A stretch of DNA of 64,000 bases from Octopus sinensis (lineage: Eukaryota): positions 15,376,001 to 15,440,000 of the forward strand of contig NC_043010.1 of the NCBI RefSeq assembly GCF_006345805.1, given 5' to 3'. Positions 37,148 through 51,303 of this stretch are shown in pieces. The notes under the pieces were generated by a model, which was given only the letters and a program-made list of their open reading frames with translations, was not told where the DNA came from and searched no databases. The position numbers were made by a program, and so were the translations under genes. Positions within the stretch are counted from its first letter, which is position 1. Each line of letters begins with the position of its first letter.

Positions 37148-37350
37148 ACCTTTCGGTCATGAATGACCATGGGATTGCACCTAGAAAGATCCTCTCTGAG
37201 GGACAAGTCCGGGCAAAGTTGTTTTATGGAAGACTTAGCAGTCGGCCATGCATACCAGCTTCTTCTTTCCAGGCCACTGATGTTATCCGAGGGAAGGGCA
37301 AAGGGGCCGATACTGTTTGGTACCAGTGACGTCGCAACTCATTTCTACAG
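37148..37350 (-). mobile_element. SINE T3 tail fragment
   Basis: Matches 3518-3720 and the reverse complement of 49360-49560. Confidence 0.8.
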
Positions 37351-37351
37351 C

Positions 37352-37675
37352 GATGGGAAATCAAAACTGTCCCTGACCTTCCCTACTACAGTTCAGACAT
37401 CGCTTCCTTTGACTTTTGATTGCTTCCTCAGCTGAAGGAAAACCACCTTGGCAGTCGTATCTGAAGACTAAGATGAAACAGACCTTGACGAGGGTCCTGA
37501 ACACCTTCACTTTAGAGGACTTTCATGGGACCTCTACGAAGTAGCTGGAATACTACAACAGCTGCATTGAAGTCAGAGAATCCTACTTCAAAGGAGATTA
37601 GGGCTTTGTACTTCTTAGAAATTAGTAAATGCCTCTCTTGAAAGTGTTTCAAACAAATCTTCTAGAGTGCACCTC

Positions 37676-37678
<3 letters not shown>
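37352..37678 (+). mobile_element. Mariner relic: transposase C-terminus and 3' TIR
   Basis: IKTVPDLPYYSSDIASFDF*LLPQLKEN resembles TVPHPPYSPDLAPCDFWLFP; ends gcacctcg-TA. Confidence 0.7.
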
Positions 37679-37714
<36 letters not shown>

Positions 37715-37732
37715 TATATATATATTATATAT

Positions 37733-38137
37733 ACTCTTTACTCTTTTACTTGTTTCAGTCATTTGACTGTGCCATGCTGGAGCACCGTCTTTAATCGAGC
37801 AACTCGACCCCGGGACTCATTCTTTTGTAAGCCCAGTACTTATTCTATCGGACTCTTTTGCCGAACCGCTAAGTAACGGGGACATAAACACACCAGCATC
37901 GGTTGTCAAGCAATGCTAGGGGGACAAACACAGACACACAAACACACACACACGCATATATATATATATTTACATATATACGACGGGCTTCTTTCAGTTT
38001 CCGTCTACCAAATCCACTCACAAGGCTTTGGTCGGCCCGAGGCTATAGTAGAAGACACTTGCCCAAGGTGCCACGCAGTGGGACTGAATCCGGAACCATG
38101 TGGTTGGTTAGCAACCTACTTACCACACAGCCACTCC
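37733..38137 (-). mobile_element. SINE family A
   Basis: Consensus match. Confidence 0.9.
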
Positions 38138-38162
38138 AATTATATATATATATATATATATA

Positions 38163-38234
<72 letters not shown>

Positions 38235-38324
38235 GCAAATGCAAAATATAAGTTAGTCCTAGAGCGCACAATGTTCCTGAAGGTCGGCAATGGTCTTCCT
38301 CGGTCACGAGTGGACGGCCATCAT

Positions 38325-38332
38325 CATGTATG

Positions 38333-38366
<34 letters not shown>

Positions 38367-39744
38367 TGTATGTATGCATGCATGCATGTATGTGTGTATG
38401 TATGTATGTATGCAGGTATGTATGTATGCACGCATGTACGTGTGTATGTATGTATGTATGTATGTATGCATGTATGTATGTATGTGTGTATGTATGTATG
38501 TATGTATATAAGTGTGTATGTATGTATGTATGTATGTATGTATGTATGTATGTATGAATGTATATATGTATGTATGTATGTGTGTATGTATGTATGTATG
38601 TATATAAGTGTTATGTATGTATGTATGTATGTATGTATGTATGCATTTATGCATGTATGTATGTGTGTATGTATGTATGTATGTATATAAGTGTGTATGT
38701 ATGCATGCATATCTGTGTGTATGTATGTTCGCATGTACGTGTGTATGCATGCATGTATGTATGTATGAATGTAGGCATGCGTGTATGTATCATTGTGTGT
38801 TATGGTATGTGTAGCGTGTGGTTTCTTTTATGTGTGTGTGTGTGTCTGCCTGTCTGCCTGTCTGTTGACTGATATCAATCTCTCCATCTTTTTCTCTCCA
38901 TAAACTATTTCTCTTTCCTTCTCTTTCTCCCTCCCCTCTTTCTTTCCCTCTCCCCCTCTTTCTTTCCCTCTCCCACTCTCCCTCCCTCTTATATCTGTTT
39001 GTTTTATATTCACCTTCTTTCAAAAAACAAAAAAAAATACATCACTACCACTATCATCATCATCATCATCATGCCCACAAGCACTACTACAACTACTACC
39101 ACAACCATCACCACCACCACCACCACCATCACCACCAGCACCACTACCACTACCACCACCACCACCGCCACCACTACCACCACCACCACCACGTCCACAA
39201 CCACCGCCACCACTGCCACCACTACCCCCACCCCACCCCCACTACCACCCCAACCACTGCCACCACTGCCACCACTGCCACCAGCACCAGCACCAGCACC
39301 AGCACCACCAGCACCACCACCACCACCACCACCACTACCACCACCACAACCACCACCACAACCACCACTACCAGCACCAGCACCACCACCACCACCACCA
39401 ACGCCACCACCACCACCACCACCACCACCACCACCACCACCACCACTACAGCCACTGTTCCTTATCTCAGCTCTGTACGTACTCAACTATATCGGCCAGA
39501 GAACATGTAGGCGAGTGGTGGTGGTGGTGGTGGTGGTGGTGGTGGTGGTGGTGGTAGTGGTGGTGCTAGTGGTGGTGGTGGTGCTGGTGGTGGTGCTGGT
39601 GGTGGTGGTGGTGTGGTGATTATGATAAGGATGGATTTTGCTAACAGCCGTAGAGGTGATGGTGGCGGTTGCGGTCGTGGTATAGGTATGATGACGAAGA
39701 TTGTAGTGGTAGCTATTTTACTAATCATAGTATAGTATAGTTAC

Positions 39745-39778
<34 letters not shown>

Positions 39779-40250
39779 TATAGTGGTGGTGGTGGTGGTG
39801 GTGGTGGTGGGTGACTGCATGACATTGGTGATAATAGTGATAATGGTGTTTGTGGAGGACTGTGTTGTTCTTGTGGTGGTGGTGGTGGTGGTGACATGGT
39901 GGTGGTTGTGGTTGCGGTGGTGGTGCGGTGGTGATGGTCGTCGTCGTAGTGGTGGCGGTGGCGGTGGTTTTGATAGTGGTTGTGGTCGTGGTTGTGATTG
40001 TGATGGTGGTGGTGATGGTAGTACTTTTGGTAGACGTGAGTATGGTAGGGTTGGTTTGCGGTGGCTGCGGTTATAGTGAGTGTTGTTGTATTTGTTGATG
40101 TTATTGTTGTTAGTGGTGGTGGTCGTGATGGCAGCGGCGGCGGCGGGCTCAACATTTGGTCTTCTTACTTTCCTTCCTTCCTTCCTTCCTTCCTTCCTTC
40201 CTTCCTTCCTTCCTTCTTCCTTCCTTCCTTCCTTCCCTCCTTCCTTTACA
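38325..40250. repeat. Microsatellite block: (TATG)n, (CAC)n, (GGT)n, (TTCC)n
   Basis: Direct reading. Confidence 0.9.
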
Positions 40251-40663
40251 GTCAGCCTAGTTAAGAAATATGCAATTTTGGCACGCAAGGCACCCATACG
40301 CTCACACACACACACAAATACACACACGTACATACGATCACATACGCTTCCACATATACGAACATTCACATATATGATGACCTAAACGTTAGCACATACA
40401 CACACACACACAATCACACTTACATACGCACACGCACACGCACCGCACGCACGCACGCACACACTCGCTCGAGTACGCACATACGGACGCATAAAGACGT
40501 ACATACACACACATACACACCTGCGCGCGGGCTTACATTCACGCATACACACAAACACACATACACATATACACTCATATTCACACACATGTTGATTTGT
40601 GTTAATATGTGTATATATATATATATATACATTTGTGGTGTGTGTTTGTGTATATACACTTTT

Positions 40664-40864
40664 GCTCTGTTTCAGTCATTTCACTGTGGCCATACTGGAG
40701 CACCGCCGTTAGTCGAACAAATCGATCCCAGGACTTATTCATTGTAAGCCTAGTACTTATTCTATCGGTCTCTTTTGCCGAACCGCTAAGTTACGGGGAC
40801 ATAAACACACCAGCGTCGGTTGTCAAGCGATGCTGGAGGGACAAACACAGACACAAAACATATT

Positions 40865-40898
<34 letters not shown>

Positions 40899-41493
40899 CA
40901 TATATACGATGGGCTTCTTTCAGTTTCCGTGGACCAAATCCACTCATAAGGCTTTGGTCGGCCCGAGGCTATAGTGGAAGACACTTGCCCAAGGTGCCAC
41001 GCAATGGGACTGAACCCGGAACCATGTGGTTGGTAAGCAAGCTACTTACCACACAGCCACTCCTACGCCCCTTATTCATTTTTATTTTCTATCTTTATCT
41101 TTTACTTATGTCAGTCATTAGACTGCGGCCATGCTGGAGCTCCACCTTGAAGGAGTTTAGTCGAAAAAATATCGACCCCGGTTCTTAATTTTTTTTAACA
41201 AAATGTCTGGCACTTATTCTGTCGGTTTCTTTTACTGAACCGCTATGCTACAGAGACGTAAATAAACCAACACTAGTTTCAAGCGATGGTGTAGGTGACA
41301 AACACAGTAACACATATACGCGTACATACACATACATACATATGCAAAATCACGCACACACACACAAAGACACGCGCTCACGCTCATTCACATTTATATA
41401 TACGATGTGCTTCCTCACAGTTTCCGTCTTCAAGATTCTCTCATAAGGCATTGGTGGGTTGGCCAAGTGTTAGAGTAGAAGATACTTACCCAA
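40664..41493 (-). mobile_element. Two family A SINEs (40664-41070 conserved; 41095-41493 diverged, head replaced by family B)
   Basis: Consensus match. Confidence 0.85.
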
Positions 41494-42232
41494 GGCGGCG
41501 AGCTGGCAGAAACGCTAGCACGCCGGGCGAAATGCTTAGAGGTCGACTTTGCTTTTCATTCTTTTCGGGGTCGATACATTAAGTACCTGTTACGCACTGG
41601 GGTCGATATAATCGACTTAATCCGTTTGTCTGTCCTTGTTTGTCTCCTCTGTGTTTAGCCCCTTGTAGGGTAGTAAAGAAATAGGTATTTCGTCTGCCGC
41701 TACGTTCTGAGTCCAAATTCCGCCGAGGTCGACTTTGCCTTTCATCCATTCAGGATCAATAAATTAAGTACCAGTTACGCACTGATGTCGATGTAATCGA
41801 TTTAACACCTATGTCTGTCCTTGTTTGTCCCCTCTGTGTTTAGCCCCTTGTGGGTAGTAAAGAAATAGGTATTTCGTCTACCGCTACATTCTGAGTTCAA
41901 ATTCCGCCGACTCGACTTTGCCTTTCATCCATTCAGGATCAATAAATTAAGTACCAGTTACGCACTGGGGTCGATGTAATCGACTTAATCCCTTTGTTTG
42001 TCCTTGTTTGTCTCCTCTGTGTTTAGCCCCTTGTGGGTAGTAAAGAAATAGGTATTTCGTCTGCCGCTACGTTCTGAGTTCAAATTCCGCTGAACTCGAC
42101 TTTGCCTTTCATCATTTCGGGGTCTATAAATTAAGTACCAGTTACGCACTGGAGTCGATGTAATCGACTTAATCCCTTTGTCTATCCTTGTTTGTCCTCT
42201 CTATGTTTAGCCCCTTGTTGGCAATAAGGAAA
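41494..42232 (+). mobile_element. Family B SINE with about 4 tandem ~184-bp body units
   Basis: tcgactttgc recurs at about 41543, 41729, 41912 and 42096. Confidence 0.9.
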
Positions 42233-42497
42233 TAAGATAATACTTACTCAAGGGACCACACAGTGGGGCTAAACCTGAAATCCCGTGGTAGCAAAGGGAG
42301 CTTCTGAACCGCACATAGCTTTACTTGTATCTGGCCATCTCTCGAAATATTTCTCACATATTTCAAGTTTTGATAAAGCAATCAGCCATCCTGGTATACT
42401 TTACACACAGTCAAATTATGTACCAGTAACGCACTGGGGTCGATGTAATCGACTTAATCCCTTTGTCTGTCCTTGTTTGTCCCCTCTATGTTTAAAA

Positions 42498-42785
42498 AGG
42501 AGCACTCCGTCGGTTACGACGACGAGGGTCCCAGCTGATACGATCAACGGAACAGCTTGCTCGTGGAATTAACGTGCAAATGACTGAGCAATCCACAGAC
42601 ACGAGTACCCTTAACGTAGTTCTCAGGGAGATTCAGCGTGACAGAGAGTGTGACAAGGCTGGCCCTTTGAAATACAGGTACAACTCATTTTTGCCAGTTG
42701 AGTGGACTGGAGCAACGTGAAATAAAGTGTCTTGCTCAAGGACACAACGCATCGCCGGGAATCGAACTCACGACCTTACAATCGT
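42498..42785 (-). mobile_element. SINE with H1 head and T2 tail
   Basis: Tail matches 50909-51085; CORE-like segment matches H1. Confidence 0.85.
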
Positions 42786-42824
42786 CATTGTTTAGCCCTT
42801 TGTGGGCAATAAAGAAGTAAGAAA

Positions 42825-43260
42825 TGTTAGCACGCCGGGCGAAATGCTTAGCGGTATTTCGTCTGCGTTACGTTGTGAGTTCAAATTCCGCCGAGGTCGA
42901 CTTTGCCTTTCATCCTTTCGGGGTCGATAAATTAAGTACCAGTTACGCACTGGGGTCGATGTAATCGACTTAATACCTATGTCTGTCCTTGTTTGTCCCC
43001 TCTGTGTTTAGCCCCTTGTGGGTAATAAAGAAATAGGTATTTCGTCTGCGTTACGTTGTGAGTTCGAATTCCGCCGAGGTCGACTTTGCCTTTCATCCTT
43101 TCGGGGTCGATAAATTAAGTACCAGTTACTTATTTCGTCTGCTAAACACAGAGAGGACAAACAAGGACAGACAAACGGATTAAGTCGATTATATATCGCC
43201 CCCAGTGCGTAACTGGTATTTATTTAATTGAACCCGAAAGGATGAAAGACAAAGTCTATA
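42825..43260 (+). mobile_element. Family B SINE, about 1.6 tandem units plus an inverted partial copy (43140-43260)
   Basis: Direct reading. Confidence 0.85.
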
Positions 43261-43978
43261 CAACGTCTATACAACACATTATCCTTATTTATGATTAGGG
43301 GCCCTTCCACATATGAAGCTGATATTTCAATTTTCCTTCAGCGTTCCTATTTCTGGTGTAAATCCATTTTGCGAGAGCCTTATTTTTTGCATTCATTCTT
43401 CCAGTAAATTCTTTGATGGATTATTTTTCGCAGAAGTTTAACGATATTATTCATTCAGTTTCATAGGCTTTTAGCTCTAAACTCTGTAAAATCTTGGACA
43501 TTTTTGGTTTCTTTAGCAACGGAATGAAACAATGATAGATTGCTTCATCTCACTAAGTATCGGTTCAATCTCATTTATTATATTTCATAAGGCATGTGCA
43601 CGTGTGCAATGTGTGTGTGTGAGATTCTGTGTCTGTATATATATATATATATATATATACATATATGTGTATGTGTGTGTATTACATAACATAAGAACAT
43701 TAAATCACAAGATTATATATACTGCGGTTATCTCATGCTTTAATGCTATTGCTTCCTCTAACATTTCATCATTATATATGCACACACACACACACATATA
43801 TATGTATATATATACACATACACATATGTATACACACATGCATAAATATATATAGATGTTATAATAATAATTATTTGAGGGAATATTAATCCTAACTTAC
43901 AGGGAAAAATTCAATTTAGAAATACTAATCAAATTTCACACAATATTATAATATATATAATATAATATAATATAATAT

Positions 43979-44032
<54 letters not shown>

Positions 44033-44262
44033 TTTAGATATATAATTGAAGGAACCCCCTTTTATCAATTCAAAATGAACAATTAAATTACACCATCTAG
44101 AAAATTACATATAATAGAAATATTAAAATTAAAAATAATAATGAAATACCAATGATTAAGTAAATTGCAAAAAAAATAATAAAAACGTATATAATGGTAG
44201 ATATAATAAATATATATATGTAATATATAATATATATATATATATATATATAATATATTATA

Positions 44263-44535
44263 CTCTTACTCTTTACTCTTTACTCTTTTACTTGTTTCAG
44301 TCAATTGACTGCGGCCATGCTGGAGCACCGCCTTCAGTCGAGGAAATCGACTTCAGGACTTATTCTTTGTAAGCCTAGTACTCATTCTATCGGGCTCTTT
44401 TGCCGAACCGCTAGGCTACGGAGACCTAAACACACCAGTATCGGTTGTCAAGCGATGCTGGGGGGACAACAGACACACAAACATATACACACACACATAT
44501 ACATACATACATACATACATACATACATACATACA

Positions 44536-44612
<77 letters not shown>

Positions 44613-45078
44613 GATACATACATATACGACGGGCTTCTTCCAGTTTCCGTCTACCAAATCCACTCACAAGGCTTCGTCGGCCCGAGGCTATAGTAGAAGA
44701 CATTCCCAAGGGGCCACGCGTGGGACTGAACCCGGGACCATGTGGTTGGTAAACGAGCTACTTACCAAGCTTGTTTCCCAACCACATGGTTCAGGTTTCA
44801 GTCCCACTGCGTGGCACCTTGGACAGGTGTCTTCTAATATAGCTACGGGCCGTCCAAAGACTTGTGAGTGGATTTGGCAGACGGAAACTGTATGTGTGTG
44901 TCTGTGTTTGTTCCTACACCATCGCTTGACAAGCGATGTTGGCGTGTTTAGGTCCCCGTAAACGACCGATGGTATAAGTACTAGCCTTACAAAGAATAAG
45001 TCCTGGGTCAATTTCTTCGACTAAAGACTGTGCTGAAGCATGGCCGCAGTCAAATAACTGAAACAAATAAAAGAATAA
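44263..45078. mobile_element. Head-to-head fused family A SINEs (minus 44263-44766, plus 44768-45078)
   Basis: Consensus match in both orientations, meeting at ttaccaagcttg. Confidence 0.85.
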
Positions 45079-45109
45079 AGGATTATTTATATAGCGGTAA
45101 AGCTGTTGC

Positions 45110-45275
45110 ACTTAAGTTATCATACGTACTTTTCTCGGGCGAAAGCCTCGTGGCATCAAACACCACTAGGGACCTCGGCGTAACGGTCGACAATAACATG
45201 AGCTGGAGGGTCCACATAAACAACAAAATCGACATGGCCCACAGTCGTGCTCCTGGATTCTCAGGACTGTCGGTC
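45110..45275 (+). pseudogene. Short CR1-type RT fragment
   Basis: TTRDLGVTVDNNMSWRVHIN. Confidence 0.7.
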
Positions 45276-45307
45276 TAGATACGCTCCTTCCATTATCTTT
45301 CTCTAGG

Positions 45308-45692
45308 TGGAGGCACATGGCCTAGTGGTTAGAGCAGCGGACTTGCAGTCGAGGGATCTCGGGTTCGAATCTCAGACCGGGCGATGTGTTGACTTTGCCT
45401 TTCATCCTTTCGGGGTCGATAAATAAAGTACCAGTTTCGCACTGGGGTCGATGTAATCGACTTAATCCCTTTGTCAGTCCCCTCTATGTTTAGCCCCTTG
45501 TGGGCAGTAAAGAAATATATTTATGAGCGAAACACCTAAGCTCCACGCGGCTCCGGCAGAAGGTAATGGCGAACTTCTGCTGACTCTTTCGCCACAACTT
45601 TCTCTCACTCTTTCCTCCTGCAGCTTGCAGCTCACCTGCGACGGACCGGCGTCCCGTCCAGGTGGGGAACCTATATGCCAAGGAAACCGGGA

Positions 45693-45695
<3 letters not shown>
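45308..45695 (+). mobile_element. SINE H2+T1 with a family B body nested at about 45389-45520
   Basis: Removing the insert restores the element seen at 17772-18040. Confidence 0.85.
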
Positions 45696-45738
<43 letters not shown>

Positions 45739-46147
45739 CATAAATACATACGTGCGTTTGTTTGTTTGTGTGTGTGTTAAAGACGGAATGGTCATGGTTA
45801 GAATACCTTACTTTGATCATAAGGATCTGCTTCACCAGGGAGATGTCTTAAGATTTAAACAACAACCATTGTTGATCCAATGAGGGATCGATCCTATTAT
45901 AACCCTCAGCCGACCTGCAAAGAAATATTTGCCATCTTACTCTCTCACAGAAAGAAACAACATGGCCATCACGACTAGGAGGACCCCTGCAATCATTGGT
46001 CGGTCTGCATGATCATGGCAAAGCCCTTTGTAAGTACTTGGTTACGAAGAACTTATTACATTCTGTGTTCAAATTCCGGTCAGTGTCTTGCCTTCCTCTT
46101 TGCATTTCCTCTTTTTCTATGGAGAGTTGGTCGATGAAATAAATAAA

Positions 46148-46903
46148 GGATCTTTTCGGTTTGAACGGCAGTTTTTAACATAATTTCTGTTGTTATTATT
46201 GTTATTGTTATTATTATTGTTGTTGTTATTATTGTTGTTGTTATTATTATTATTGGATCTTTTTCGGTTTGAACGGCAGTTTTTAACATAATTTCTGTTG
46301 TTATTATTGTTATTGTTATCATTATTGTTGTTGTTGTTATTATTGTTGTTGTTATTATTATTGTTGTTATTATTATTGTTGTTGTTATTATTGTTGTTGT
46401 TGTTGTTATTATTGTTATTGTTATCATTATTGTTGTTGTTGTTTGTTGTTGTTATTATTATTATTGTTGTTATTATTATTATTGGATCTTTTTCGGTTTG
46501 AACGGCAGTTTTTAACATAATTTCTCGGTAACTAAAAAATTTTAAACTTCGTATACTGGTAGAATGTGTTTATAAAATTTCTTTTTCTCTTGGCTTTATT
46601 GAGAAAATTCTATAGTTTGTAAGATATCTGTTGTTTTTTGTCTTCAATTTCTGCAATTTCAACCAATCAATGACGTCTATTTAGGTAAAAAAAACATTCT
46701 GTGCCGTATGAATATGTCCCCCGTTTAAGAAACAGATTAGGTTTATTTACATTTGTGATGAAAAAAAGATACCCTTCCCCCCACTCCTAACCCTAACCAT
46801 AAAACAGAATGAAATGCAATAGATCGATACTAGGGTCATAATTATGGGTGAAAATTTCATGTGACACCGCTAGAAAAAACTGCCGTTCAAACCGAAAAGA
46901 TCC
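46148..46903 (-). mobile_element. MITE family M with triplicated left end and (TTA/TTG)n expansions; 8-bp TSD taaataaa
   Basis: TIR starts at about 46148, 46256 and 46486; TSD at 46140-46147 and 46904-46911. Confidence 0.85.
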
Positions 46904-47860
46904 TAAATAAATTCCAACTTATGGAGCCCATTTCCAATCATCCCCCAATCGGAGCCAATTCTAATCTTTCTTCTCTCGCCGTATGTTTATTTCAATGAAT
47001 TGATACATAACAACAAAGTTGATTGGCTGTGAAGGTTTTGAAATTATTTATTTGTCTTGTCTTCGGAAGAGAGGGAGAGGGGGAGAGGGAGAAAGAAAAA
47101 GAGAGAAAGAGAACGTGATTCTGCCATAAAAGACAGTTAGGTTTGTTTGAAACATAAAATAAAATAATATAAAATAAATATATATATAAATTTCCGAACA
47201 AAATTCTCCGAAATCTCACGTGGGACTTGGGTTATCTGATGTCGCTAACACACTGTATTTATTCATTTCGCAACAGAAAAAAAAAAGAAAAAAAATATAT
47301 TTTTGTTTTTTCATCGATGATATCACTCAATTTTGCAAATTGGTCTGTGATTAAATACAGGAAAGCTCTTGTATTCAGAAGAGAGCAACATTCGTAGAGG
47401 AACACATATGTATCCTTGATAAAAAAAATATTATTTAAAAATTGGATGATGGTTTGTTTGAACCTTGTTTGTAGTTGTTAGCCTAAATAGAACGGTTTTG
47501 TAGAGAGGTTCAGTATTCTTGATAAATAGTGTGTGTCTCTTTAATACATAATCATGTAATCTGAACACAGCGGTTTCTTTTCAGAGGAAAGTGTGTCCGG
47601 AATGTATGGTGTGTATCTGTGTGTCCCAGATAAGGTTTCTGCTATTCTGAATAGAGAAAGAAACTTATTACTTAACGTATACGTTAACTGTGCTGTGAAT
47701 ACGTTAAGTAATTAATAAACGTTGTATGTCTGAGATATTTGGGTCTTGCAATTTGAACAGAGTAACTCTTTAGAGAAACTGTGGATTCCATTTTTTCTTT
47801 TAACTGAATAAACGTTATAAGTCTTCAATACAGGGTCTTGTATTCTAAATAGAGCAGTTT

Positions 47861-47996
<136 letters not shown>

Positions 47997-48552
47997 GAGT
48001 GAGAGAGCAGTTCATGCCATCAAAGTGACACTGGGGTAAAATATACGAAGCCCAGTATACCCATCATGACTACCCGTCTGATAAGGGTACACCAGGCACA
48101 TGCATCACAACCATATATATGCACGACATGGTGATCTCTCATCAAGATAAACAGCGTATGACCTTGCGGCTAGGGCCCAGTTAGAATTTTCTTCTGGTCG
48201 AGTAACCCATCCCGCTCAAAAGGTCCTTGAATAAGGGTTGTTTAAGGATGTTGAAAGAACCACCCATGTTTCCAAAGGTGAATTATTCAAACCCCAACGA
48301 ATTCCTCTCAACACATGGCTATGATGCTCCCCCACTACTTCTGCTCGTGATCAGAGATGCACATATCGTCAGCCACTAAGGGACATGCTCAACTGGTTAA
48401 GGTCAAACAACTGACAAGCAAATCTGTGGTATTGAGCAGAATATTTGCTGTAACCCATCTTTTATACCAAGACACAACAATGTACATGATAACACTTCCA
48501 ATCAGTTAAGATCAGAAGCCATGAGAGCCACTGCCTGGTACTGCATCAGGGC

Positions 48553-48594
<42 letters not shown>

Positions 48595-48699
48595 CATTAT
48601 TATTATTATTATTTTCAAGGCGGCGAACTGGCAGAATCGTTAGCATGTTTCCAGAATTTTTCAATTTCAGACCAAGAGAACCCGATCGATTTTGCTTCA

Positions 48700-49210
48700 T
48701 CCTATATGCAACCCTTCTAGCTCTCCTTAGGTCATCCGACTTCTCTCTTTCTTTCAGGTTGCCAGTCTAACGCTTGTCTTGCAATACTACTTGGATGCCT
48801 CCTCAGACAGTGACCGACCGAGCTCCATTTCCTCTCCAGAATTTCTCGATTTCAGGCGAAGAGAGACCGATTGCTTTCGCTTCATCCTCAACGCAACCCT
48901 TCCACCACTTCTTAGGTCATCCGACTTTCCTCTTGGATACCTACTTAAGAATGTGACCGATCTAGCCCCTTTTCCTTTGCAGAATTTCTCGATTGATGGG
49001 AGTTTGGTTCATTCTGTCCCAAAGATTTCCGTTTAAAATTTCTTAAGGCTGTGGTGCAGACATTTCTTGACGAAGGGCTGTAGATTAGTTTTTATGAGGT
49101 TGGCGACCCTCCAAGTTTCTGACCCGTATATTAGAGCTGTGTTTTAATTAGATTTATTTTAATAGATGTTGAGTTCAGAAACCAATTCTGTATTTGGAAG
49201 ACTATTGAAA
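48700..49210 (-). pseudogene. RTE-clade LINE 3' fragment with an internal duplication
   Basis: ALIYGSETWRV and GKRKVG*PKKWW...VEDEAKAIGLS. Confidence 0.65.
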
Positions 49211-49214
49211 ACTT

Positions 49215-49560
49215 CGTGAAGGCTCATGTCTCAGTGGTTAGAGCGTCGAGCTTACGATCGTGAGGTTGTGAGGTTGTGAGCTCGAATCCCAGACCGGGCT
49301 GCGCGTTGTGTTTTTGAGCAAGACACTTTATTTCACGTTGCTCCAGTTCACTCAGCTGTGGAAATGAGTTGCGACGTCACAGGTGCCGAGCTGTATCGGC
49401 TGCTGCCTTTCCCTTGGATAACACTGGTGGCGTGGAGAGGGGAAGCCGGTATGCATGGGCGACTGCTGGTCTTCCATAAAACCACCTTGCCCAGACTTGT
49501 GACTAGGAGGGTAACATTCTAGGTGCAATCCCATGGTCAGTGTCGTGACCGAAGGGGGTC
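49215..49560 (+). mobile_element. SINE with H1 head and T3 tail, full length
   Basis: A/B-box-like head, CORE-like segment, tail shared with 3518 and 37148. Confidence 0.85.
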
Positions 49561-49639
49561 CCCACCGACCGATTGAAAATTTCATATTGTAAATGTAATA
49601 TTGAAGAAAGCAGTTTAGTGGAGCCTCTAACACCTGCTG

Positions 49640-50160
49640 TCGCATTCGAGAAGAGTACAACTGTCGAACGAATCTGTAATCAAGATCGTTCTGCCGACCT
49701 CCCTGCATAGGGAGGAGCGAGCCTGTTTTCTCTCGGTAGTTGCTGTGGCGAAAGAAGTAGTATGGAAGACGAGAGTGAAAGGAATTGCAACAGACATGTT
49801 CATCTCCAGTCTCGAGCTAATCGACTTTTTCATTTTCCACATGAAACGGAAAATAAGGCTGGAGAAGAAATGCCTGTCGCAAAGTGTGTTTCGTAAAAGA
49901 TGGAAGTCTATAGCAAGTATGTTGCGAGTGAAAGAACCTGTTTAATCGAGAATGTAAAAAAGGAGAAAGCAAAGTCTTCAGTGTGCGTATATGGTTTGTG
50001 GGGTCAACCGCGTCCTCCGCTTCATTTTTTGTTAATCACTCATTCTCATTTAATTGTATGTATTTTAATTGTTTGTTTATTCATACGTTTCGTCTCATTC
50101 GATACCCTGACCCCAACGTTTGTGTTGTTTGTCCCCGTATTGTCCCCTCTTTTTCTCAAC
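49640..50160 (+). pseudogene. Probable Tx1-clade LINE ORF2 C-terminus and 3' UTR
   Basis: VVAVAKEVVWKTR...FFIFHMKRKIRLEKK...RKRW. Confidence 0.55.
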
Positions 50161-50164
50161 CTTA

Positions 50165-50562
50165 TCTTTATATATAAAAGAGAGGTTGTGTGCTGTCTGT
50201 CTCCTACGATTTAGATTCCTAACTACTCCCACATTTTGCGGTGCAGCTTAACTAAAACCGGGTATCTTATAGTCGTGATTCATATCGAGCCCTTCTGGGT
50301 ATTAAGCGCGCGTCTACGATGAGTCTACGATTAAAAAAAAATTTACCATCAATTGTTCCCATTTTTAATGCATTTTTGGCATATATAAGGGAAGTAACTC
50401 TCTAAAAATTTATTATTAAATCTCAGAACGTAAAAAGCTACAGTAACACCCCCCCCCTTTGTGGTTAGCCATATTGAGATGGCTATTATACTTTACATCT
50501 CTAAAGATGCTTATATAGTTATTTCCCTTACAAACCCGAGCAACGCCGGGCAATACTGCTAG
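50165..50562 (+). mobile_element. Non-autonomous Helitron
   Basis: A|TC 5' end, subterminal hairpin cccgagcaacgccggg, CTAG|T 3' end, no TSD. Confidence 0.8.
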
Positions 50563-50908
50563 TGGTGAATAAAGAAATTCTCTCTCTCTCTTTTTTCTTC
50601 CAAACTATGTAACTGCAGTACATCTTATGTTGTTGAATCGGTAAATAACCTTGTTGCTCACAGCCGTATGCGTGACATCTATTTACAGAGCGGCGGACCG
50701 AACCACGACGTTCCACAAGATGGATATCTTATTGACTCATAAGATGCAAGCAACAATGTCAGCGTTTAACACATACAACCAGTGTTCTTCCACAAAGCTT
50801 CTCTATTGGGAATACAAAACACAGTATTTCAGATACGTGATATATGTGTAGGTGTGTGAGTGTGTGTGTGTTTGTGTGTATATATTGTATGTATATTTAT
50901 TGGTGAAA

Positions 50909-51287
50909 GCACTCCGTCGGTTACGACGATGAGGGTTCCGGTTGATCCAAATCAACGGAACAGCCTGCTCGTGAAATTAACGTGTAAGTGGCTGAGCACT
51001 CCACAGACACGTGTACCCGTAACGTAGTTCTCGGGGATATTCAGCGTGACACAGAGAGTGACAAGGCCGGCCCCTTGAAATACAGGTACAACAGAAACAG
51101 GAAGTAAGAGTGTGAGAAAGTTGTGGTGAAAGAGTACAGCAGGGATCACCACCATCCCCTGCCGGAGCCTCGTTGAGCTTTTAGGTGTTTTCGCTCAATA
51201 AACACTTACAACGCCCGGTCTGGGAATTGAAACCGCGATCCTATGACCGCGAGTCCGCTGCCCTAACCACTGGGCCATTGCGCCTCC
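50909..51287 (-). mobile_element. SINE with H2 head and T2 tail, full length
   Basis: Clear A/B boxes; atatttatt on both flanks. Confidence 0.9.
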
Positions 51288-51303
51288 GCATATTTATTAT
51301 GTG

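Noticed and set aside
38999-40385. Pro/Thr/Gly/Val-rich ORFs resembling extensin or mucin
   Set aside because: Trinucleotide repeats open on both strands; no splice or domain support
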